A stretch of DNA of 63,749 nucleotides from an uncultured Collinsella sp. (GTDB lineage Bacteria > Actinomycetota > Coriobacteriia > Coriobacteriales > Coriobacteriaceae): contig URRT01000001.1 in assembly GCA_900550355.1 (NCBI GenBank), forward strand, positions 1-63,749. The letters are read 5' to 3'. Below, piece after piece: positions 57,747-63,749 of this stretch (the first letter of the stretch is position 1; each line of letters opens with the position of its first letter). The position numbers were made by a program, and so were the translations under genes. The notes below the pieces were generated by a model that was not told the origin of the DNA, searched no databases, and saw only the letters and a program-made list of their open reading frames with translations.

Positions 57747-59705
57747 TTACTCCTTGTTGCGGCGATAGAGGATATAACCGCCTGCGGAGATGACGGCAAC
57801 GCCAGCGATGGCGAATACGGCCACCATGCGGCCATCAAAACGATCGCCAGTGGTGGGCAGGCCGCCCTTGGTGTTCGTCTTGTTGGTGGTTACCGTGGTC
57901 GTGGTGTTGTCCGACTTGCCGGGCTTCTCGGGCTTGGTGGTGGGCTGTTCGGGCTTAGCGGGCTGCTCAGGCTGCTCGGGGGTGCCGGGCTGCTCGGGCT
58001 TGCCGGGCTGCTCGGGGGTGCCGGGCTGATCCGGGGTGACCGGGTCGGTGGCAAGAGCGTCCTGGGCGTAGGTAATGGACACCTTGAGGCCCTTGGTCTC
58101 GGTGTTCAGATCGCTTGGGGTGAAGGGCTGTTCGAAGTTTCCGGCCTTCTGATAGGCGCGCATCTCCTGGAGCAGGGCCTTGCACTTCTTGTAGGTGTTC
58201 TCGGTGGCAGCCTTGCCGGCCTTGTTGGCTAGGGCAGTGCGGCCCTCGGTGGTCGTTTCGGCCAGCATGGCGGCGTCAACTTCCTTGTTCTGCTCGATGA
58301 GCTCATTCTGGAGGGCGTCAAGATAGGCATGGACGCCAGCACCGAGGGTGGCACGATTCTCGAAGGCAAGCGAGCTGATGTCCATAAAGACGTAGTTGAT
58401 GGAGTTCTCAGGCTCTTCGTTGTTTACAACGTCTGTTTCGTCGCAGTGGTCGAAAGATACGGTCTGGTCGCTGAAGTAGGGGCTGACCTCGGTCATCAGG
58501 GCGGAGTACAGCGGGATGGCGATGGAGAATTCAGCTCGAGAGAGCATCTCCCATTGGATGGTCGCAATTTCAGGGTTGAGGCCGTTGCGAATCTGGAAGA
58601 GATGGGCCTCACCGTTGCGCTCGGTGCCGATGCAATAGGCGCCATCGGTGTTGGCGCTGAGGCCGGGAACGTTTTCGCCACGATTGCCAAAGGCGCGAAT
58701 AAGTTCAAAAGTATTCCAACCGGACTTTTCGGGTTGGAAGAACAGCGGCTGCATTTCATTTACCATGGCGCCAACCTTAGCGCGCGGTTTTTCGCTAGTG
58801 TCCTGGACGATTTCATAGTCGGTGCCCTCAGTAAGCGGAGCCCCAAGGTAATCGCGGCCCTGGACGTAGCGCGACCAAGCGTGAACGGAAGTTTTGTCGA
58901 TGGGCGAACCGTAGGTCTGGGCAACATCGAACTGTCCGTCGTCGAAATACTTGGCGAAACCCTTTTCTTCAGGTAGGGACTTAATGCCTTCGGAGTGAAT
59001 GCAGTTTACGGTGTCATCGAGGTTAACCTTGAAGTTGAGATTGCTGATATTGGGATTGAGCGATGCGATATCATCGGTCAACTTCATGGCAATCCACTGA
59101 TGGCCGGAAAGCGCGGCGAACAGCCAGGTCTCATTGTTGTCGGCAATGATGAGCTGGTCGTTGGCGTTGGCGCCCTGTTCGTTAATGAGCCTGCCGATGA
59201 GCTCGACTCCCTCGCGGGCCGTGCCGCTCTCGCCAAGGATGACGCCGGCGTAGACGTATTCGCTGATGCCTGTTTTGGTCAGGGGATCTGCGGCCTTTGC
59301 TTCGTCATTCATGCTCGTGCTCAGCGTGGCAGAGCAAGAAACGCCCTTCTCGTTAATTCCCGCTTCGGAGTAGGCGTCCCAGCGTCCGTGCCACTGCGAA
59401 GGGTGGTCGCGCACGTAGCTATAACGATATGTGGTCTTGGTCGAGGTGTATGCGAAGTCGGACTCGTCTGAGCCGTAGATATGGCCGGGACCATGCGAGG
59501 GTTCAATGCCATAGTGCTTGAGGTAACGTGTGCCAACGTCCTCGGTGCGGCCATAATACGTATTGCCATCGGCCGTTAGGTTTTTGCCCATGTAGATCTG
59601 CGTGCAGGCGAGCGCAGAGGTCGGCATGGACATGATGGTTGCAGCTCCAAAGGCGAGGCCTATGCCTAGCTTCTTGAGCGCGTTGACGGGGTGAGTTTTC
59701 CTCAT
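57747..59705 (-). CDS. C69-family dipeptidase (Ntn hydrolase), sortase-anchored
   Basis: Signal peptide ending ALA|CT, GRTED, AGINEKGV; PEQP repeats; LPTTG-TM-basic tail. Confidence 0.85.
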   Translation of the reverse strand: MRKTHPVNALKKLGIGLAFGAATIMSMPTSALACTQIYMGKNLTADGNTYYGRTEDVGTRYLKHYGIEPSHGPGHIYGSDESDFAYTSTKTTYRYSYVRDHPSQWHGRWDAYSEAGINEKGVSCSATLSTSMNDEAKAADPLTKTGISEYVYAGVILGESGTAREGVELIGRLINEQGANANDQLIIADNNETWLFAALSGHQWIAMKLTDDIASLNPNISNLNFKVNLDDTVNCIHSEGIKSLPEEKGFAKYFDDGQFDVAQTYGSPIDKTSVHAWSRYVQGRDYLGAPLTEGTDYEIVQDTSEKPRAKVGAMVNEMQPLFFQPEKSGWNTFELIRAFGNRGENVPGLSANTDGAYCIGTERNGEAHLFQIRNGLNPEIATIQWEMLSRAEFSIAIPLYSALMTEVSPYFSDQTVSFDHCDETDVVNNEEPENSINYVFMDISSLAFENRATLGAGVHAYLDALQNELIEQNKEVDAAMLAETTTEGRTALANKAGKAATENTYKKCKALLQEMRAYQKAGNFEQPFTPSDLNTETKGLKVSITYAQDALATDPVTPDQPGTPEQPGKPEQPGTPEQPEQPAKPEQPTTKPEKPGKSDNTTTTVTTNKTNTKGGLPTTGDRFDGRMVAVFAIAGVAVISAGGYILYRRNKE

Positions 59706-60012
59706 AATCCCTCCCAGCGTGCGAAAGCCCTCTGTCGCCAGAGGGCTTCAGCCAATAAAGACACCCCACTAGCGTAACGAACTGGAAACAATATTCATCT
59801 ATGAAAGATACTTACTCGATAAGCGTAATGAAATATGCGATGAGTGGTTAATTATACTCAGTTTGTAGCTTTAGCCAAATAAAGACTCCCTGCAATTACT
59901 GCACCTGAATAAAGCGTCTGGAAATACCCGAAATGAAAAATCCCCCGCTGTTTGGCAAATGCATAAACAGTAGGGGAGACGAAAATTGGATGAATATCAT
60001 ACCAATGTGGAA

Positions 60013-60105
60013 TTACTTCTTCCGACGGTGGATCACGTTGATTGCATAGCCTACGAGCATGGCCAAAACAATGACGATAAAGCCGAGCAGGGGATTGTCG
60101 TTCAT
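60013..60105 (-). CDS. 30-aa single-TM small protein MNDNPLLGFIVIVLAMLVGYAINVIHRRKK
   Basis: AGGAGG RBS overlapping the upstream stop codon. Confidence 0.6.
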   Translation of the reverse strand: MNDNPLLGFIVIVLAMLVGYAINVIHRRKK

Positions 60106-60114
60106 GGGGTCCTC

Positions 60115-61032
60115 CTATTTACCGAGTGGCGAGAATTCATCGACGATCAGGTCGAGACATTGCGGGAGTGCGCGGGCGCCAAAGACGCCGGAGTTGCTGG
60201 AAATAATCTCGCCATCGAACTGCATGCCCAGCGACGGCGTGCAGGTGATCTTGGCTTCCTTGGTCTGGATGATCTTGAACTGCGGGCGACCGAGCACCTT
60301 GCCGGCGGGGTCAAGCGCAGCGGTGATCACGGTGGGCAGCAATTGCACGGTTTTTACGGGCTCGATAACCGCGATGTCGACCATGCCGTCGTTCATGCGA
60401 CAGTCGGGGAACAGGTTGATGTCGTTTTGGATGACCGAGGTGTTGCCTGCCATGCAGCAGATGCCGTCGAGCTCCTCGACAATGCCGTCATGCTCAATCG
60501 TAAAGTGCGCTACCGTAGGGTTGGGCGTGGCGAGCGCAGAGAGGAAGTAGGCGATCTCGCCGATGTCGTTTTTGGTGGGGGCGGCCTTCATCATGATCTC
60601 GGCGTCGAAGCCCGAGCCGGCGATGATGATAAAACCGTGGCGCTTCTCGTTGCCGTTCTCGTCGAGCCAAAAGAGCTCGCCCATGTCCACTTTGACCGTG
60701 CGACCGGCGCGGCAAGCCTTGGCAAGCGCCGCTGCCTCGGGGGCATTACCGATGTTGTTAAAGAACAGGCAGGCTGTGCCGGAGGGGAAGACGAGCGTGG
60801 GGACACCGCACCCGCGCATCTGGTCGAGCACGTTGGAGACGGTGCCGTCGCCGCCCGAAACGACCACGCGATCAAACTCGCGCACGTCTGCCACGGCGTC
60901 CTCGGGCTCCATGCCATCGCCGATAAAGCGCATCACGACCTCGTCGCCGCCCTGCGCGAGGGCGTGCGTGAATGCGTAGATTTCATCTGAGCTGGGGCCC
61001 GATGCAGGGTTATGGATGATAAGGCAGCGCAT
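60115..61032 (-). CDS. Diacylglycerol/lipid kinase family protein
   Basis: HNPASG, SGGDGT, FPSGTA, GFDA, QFDGE. Confidence 0.9.
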   Translation of the reverse strand: MRCLIIHNPASGPSSDEIYAFTHALAQGGDEVVMRFIGDGMEPEDAVADVREFDRVVVSGGDGTVSNVLDQMRGCGVPTLVFPSGTACLFFNNIGNAPEAAALAKACRAGRTVKVDMGELFWLDENGNEKRHGFIIIAGSGFDAEIMMKAAPTKNDIGEIAYFLSALATPNPTVAHFTIEHDGIVEELDGICCMAGNTSVIQNDINLFPDCRMNDGMVDIAVIEPVKTVQLLPTVITAALDPAGKVLGRPQFKIIQTKEAKITCTPSLGMQFDGEIISSNSGVFGARALPQCLDLIVDEFSPLGK

Positions 61033-61130
61033 ACTTACGTTCCCGTTCTGTGACTAACCGAGTATAGTTGTAAGGCAATGCCGATATCCTACCCGTGTTT
61101 TTCGGGCCTAACCTTATTCGATGGGTTGAT

Positions 61131-62264
61131 ATGTACATTTCCACACATCAGGCTTTACTCGACTTTTGCCAGCGCGCCCGTGAGTTCGACGCGATTGCCG
61201 TCGATACCGAGTTTTTGCGCGAGCGCACGTTCCATCCGCGTCTGTGTTTGGTTCAGATTGCCACCCCTGCCGAGAGCGTCGCGGTCGACCCTCTGGTAAT
61301 CGACGACCTATCGCCGCTGGCCGAGCTTATGGCAGACGAGAGCGTGACTAAGGTCTACCACGCCTGCTCGCAGGATATGGAGGTTATGCTCCATACCGTG
61401 GGCGTGCTGCCACGACCGATTTTCGATACGCAGGTCGCCGCTGCCTTTTTGGGCGAGCGCCAGCAGATTTCGTATGGCGCGCTTGTTCAGACGTTTTGCG
61501 GCGTCTCGCTGCCCAAGACCGAGTCGCTGACCGACTGGTCGCGTCGCCCGCTGACCGATAAGCAGATTGAGTACGCGATTGATGACGTCAAGTACTTGAT
61601 CGTCGCCTATACCGAGATGATGAGTCGCCTGCGCGAGCTGGGCCGTGTGGACTGGGTGCTCGACGAGCTACGCCCGCTGGCTGACGAGTCGCACTATCGC
61701 GCCGACCGTCACGAGGCATTCCGCAAGGTCAAGCGCATCAACTCGTGCAGCCGCCACCAGCTGGGCATCGCGCGCGAGCTCGCCGCCTGGCGCGAGGACC
61801 GCGCCGAGCGCCGTAACATCCCGCGCAAGTGGGTCATGTCCGACGACACGCTGCTTGCGCTCGTCAAGCGCAATCCCGTGCGCGTTGAGGAGTTCCGTAG
61901 CATTCGCGGTACCGATCAGTTGGGGGAGCGCGACGTGGACGGTGCGCTCATGGCCATCAAGCGTGGCGCAAGCTGCCCGCACGATCGCCTGCCGCTCATG
62001 GTGCGCGGGCATCGCCAGATCTCTCCGGAGTTGGAGAGCGTGACGGATCTCATGTATGCGCTCATTCGCCTGGTTGCCGAGCGCTCGGGCGTGGCGACCT
62101 CGGTCATCGCCTCGCGCGATGACCTGGCCGACTATATTGAGCATCCCGAGCAGAGCCCCTTGCGCGAAGGCTGGCGCTTTGAGCTTGTGGGCTCGCGCCT
62201 GGACGATCTGCTCTCGGGCAACATGGGGTTGACGGTCAAAGATGGCAAAATTGAATTGCTGTAA
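61131..62264 (+). CDS. rnd: Ribonuclease D
   Basis: AVDTEF, LVQIA, FDTQVA, DWSRRPL, YAIDDV, HRDC domain. Confidence 0.93.
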   Translation: MYISTHQALLDFCQRAREFDAIAVDTEFLRERTFHPRLCLVQIATPAESVAVDPLVIDDLSPLAELMADESVTKVYHACSQDMEVMLHTVGVLPRPIFDTQVAAAFLGERQQISYGALVQTFCGVSLPKTESLTDWSRRPLTDKQIEYAIDDVKYLIVAYTEMMSRLRELGRVDWVLDELRPLADESHYRADRHEAFRKVKRINSCSRHQLGIARELAAWREDRAERRNIPRKWVMSDDTLLALVKRNPVRVEEFRSIRGTDQLGERDVDGALMAIKRGASCPHDRLPLMVRGHRQISPELESVTDLMYALIRLVAERSGVATSVIASRDDLADYIEHPEQSPLREGWRFELVGSRLDDLLSGNMGLTVKDGKIELL

Positions 62265-62328
62265 GGAAGCCTAGCCGCTTGAGTGGGTAGAATGCCTCCA
62301 ACGTGTAACTCGATTCGGAGGAATTCGC

Positions 62329-63033
62329 ATGCCTTATTACTATGGATACGGCTTTGGCATCGACCCGCTGTACCTGCTGGTTGTTCTTGTCTGCACGGTG
62401 ATCGGTCTTGCCGCACAGAACTATATCAACTCGACGTACAAAACCTGGTCCAAGGTTCGCTCGGACGGCGACACGGGCGCCACGGTCGCTCGCCGCATGC
62501 TCGACGCCAACGGCTGCAACGCCGTGGGTATCAAGGGCGTCGCTGGTGAGCTCACCGATCATTACAACCCGCAGGACAACAACCTGTATCTCTCGGATGC
62601 CAACCGTTCGGGCGGGTCGGTCGCAAGCGTTGCCGTTGCCTGCCACGAGGCGGGCCATGCCGCCCAGCGTCAAAGCGGTTACGCCATGATGAAGGTTCGC
62701 ACCGCCCTCGTGCCGGTCGTCAACTTTACCCAGAACACCTGGACCATCGTGTTGCTCTTGGGCCTGTTTATGAACATTGCCGGGCTCACGACCCTCGCGC
62801 TGATCTTCTTCTCGTTTAGCGTGCTGTTCCAACTGGTTACGCTGCCGGTCGAGATTGATGCTAGTCGGCGCGCCGTGGCGTATATTGAGCAGTCGGGTAT
62901 GAGCTCCAAGCAGGTCAACGGTGCCAAGAAGGTGCTGACGGCCGCCGCGCTTACCTATGTGGCTGCGGCGCTCACCTCGATTATTCAGCTGCTCTATCTT
63001 ATGGCTCGCTACAACAGAAACTCCAACCGATAA
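62329..63033 (+). CDS. Putative neutral zinc metallopeptidase (YugP-like)
   Basis: LTDHYNP, HEAGHA, TLPVEIDAS, AAALTY. Confidence 0.9.
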   Translation: MPYYYGYGFGIDPLYLLVVLVCTVIGLAAQNYINSTYKTWSKVRSDGDTGATVARRMLDANGCNAVGIKGVAGELTDHYNPQDNNLYLSDANRSGGSVASVAVACHEAGHAAQRQSGYAMMKVRTALVPVVNFTQNTWTIVLLLGLFMNIAGLTTLALIFFSFSVLFQLVTLPVEIDASRRAVAYIEQSGMSSKQVNGAKKVLTAAALTYVAAALTSIIQLLYLMARYNRNSNR

Positions 63034-63148
63034 CAAATTGGGTCGCTGGGCGCCGCGGGGATTCGTGTCCCCGCGGCGCTGTACTATGTGTTGGACTTGA
63101 ATTTGCGCAGGGCCGAAGCCCTTGTGCACGATGACGAAAGGAGGCTGC

Positions 63149-63749
63149 GTGGCAGGCTGGAATCTAACCGGCAATGCCGTTTCCGCCGAGTTCGACGGTT
63201 CGGACGATCAGGAGCGCAAGGAGCTCAGCGTGAGCCAGGCGGTGGAGATTGCCGCCGGCGCGCTCGATGCCATTCCGCAGCTGAGCGTTCTGGGCGAGGT
63301 CACGGGTTTCCGTGGCCCCAATGCCCGAAGCGGTCACTGCTACTTCCAGATTAAGGACGACTCGGCCGCCGTTGACTGCATCATCTGGAAGGGCGCCTAC
63401 CTTAAGCGCACCTTCGACTTGCGCGATGGCATGCAGGTGAGCTTTAAGGGCAGCTTCAATCTCTATAAGGCCACGGGCCGCATGAGCTTTGTCGCTCGCT
63501 CATTTTCGCTGGCGGGCGAGGGTCTGCTGCGTCAACAAGTGGCGCAACTGGCCGAAAAGCTACGCCGCGAGGGCCTGATGGACGAAGCGCGCAAGCGCCG
63601 CATACCGGTGTTCTGCTCCCGCGTGGCGGTCGTCACCTCGCTTTCGGGTGCCGTAATCGACGACGTCAAGCGCACGCTGCGTCGTCGCAACCCGCTCGTC
63701 GAGCTCGTCTGCGTGGGCGCCAAGGTTCAAGGCGAGGGGGCGCCGGCCG
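63149..63749 (+). CDS. xseA: Exodeoxyribonuclease VII large subunit (partial, runs off the window)
   Basis: AAGGAGG RBS plus GTG; LSVSQ, VLGEV, SGHCYFQIKD, AGEG.L, VVTS..GAV..D. Confidence 0.9.
   Translation, partial: MAGWNLTGNAVSAEFDGSDDQERKELSVSQAVEIAAGALDAIPQLSVLGEVTGFRGPNARSGHCYFQIKDDSAAVDCIIWKGAYLKRTFDLRDGMQVSFKGSFNLYKATGRMSFVARSFSLAGEGLLRQQVAQLAEKLRREGLMDEARKRRIPVFCSRVAVVTSLSGAVIDDVKRTLRRRNPLVELVCVGAKVQGEGAPA

Noticed and set aside
57930..58050. Tandem GGCTGCTCGGG repeats
   Set aside because: They encode the PEQPG Pro-rich wall-spanning linker of an LPxTG protein, which is ordinary.
1..63749. Many long antisense or alternate-frame ORFs (e.g. 12919-14670 -, 34478-36649 -, 27485-28942 +, 55028-56629 +)
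   Set aside because: Shadow ORFs typical of high-GC coding DNA, overlapping genes with clear family motifs.

Overview
High-GC chromosomal segment from a Coriobacteriia gut bacterium. A Collinsella-like source is inferred from gene content and codon style, not from a database search. Most of the window is housekeeping: nfo, an amino-acid ABC transporter, flavodoxin, pgi, ettA, nadE, ldh, a lysine-riboswitch-controlled lysA-dapA-dapB-dapH operon, D-Asp ligase/racemase, a Trp-attenuated ECF transporter, rnd and xseA. The best candidate for a new system is a low-GC island (~30280-34450) that looks like a compact RiPP biosynthetic operon: DUF2087-like protein, MFS exporter, B12-binding radical SAM enzyme with two putative C-terminal RRE/PqqD-like domains, and a 36-aa precursor-like ORF (MDVINKDLLEQLKEFQEEGVVVEVFDFEDYMDKFCH, below the ORF-track cut-off) with a strong RBS and a terminator. 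Other oddities include a stand-alone hypothetical/ClpP/soluble VirD4-like operon, a low-GC Tat-exported Cys-peptidase-like gene paired with a lipoprotein, a promoter-to-terminator sRNA candidate, several MITE/REP-like palindromic elements, an in-frame lysA-dapA fusion, and frameshifted dapH and aldo/keto reductase genes. Product calls come from motif recognition by eye; no searches were run.
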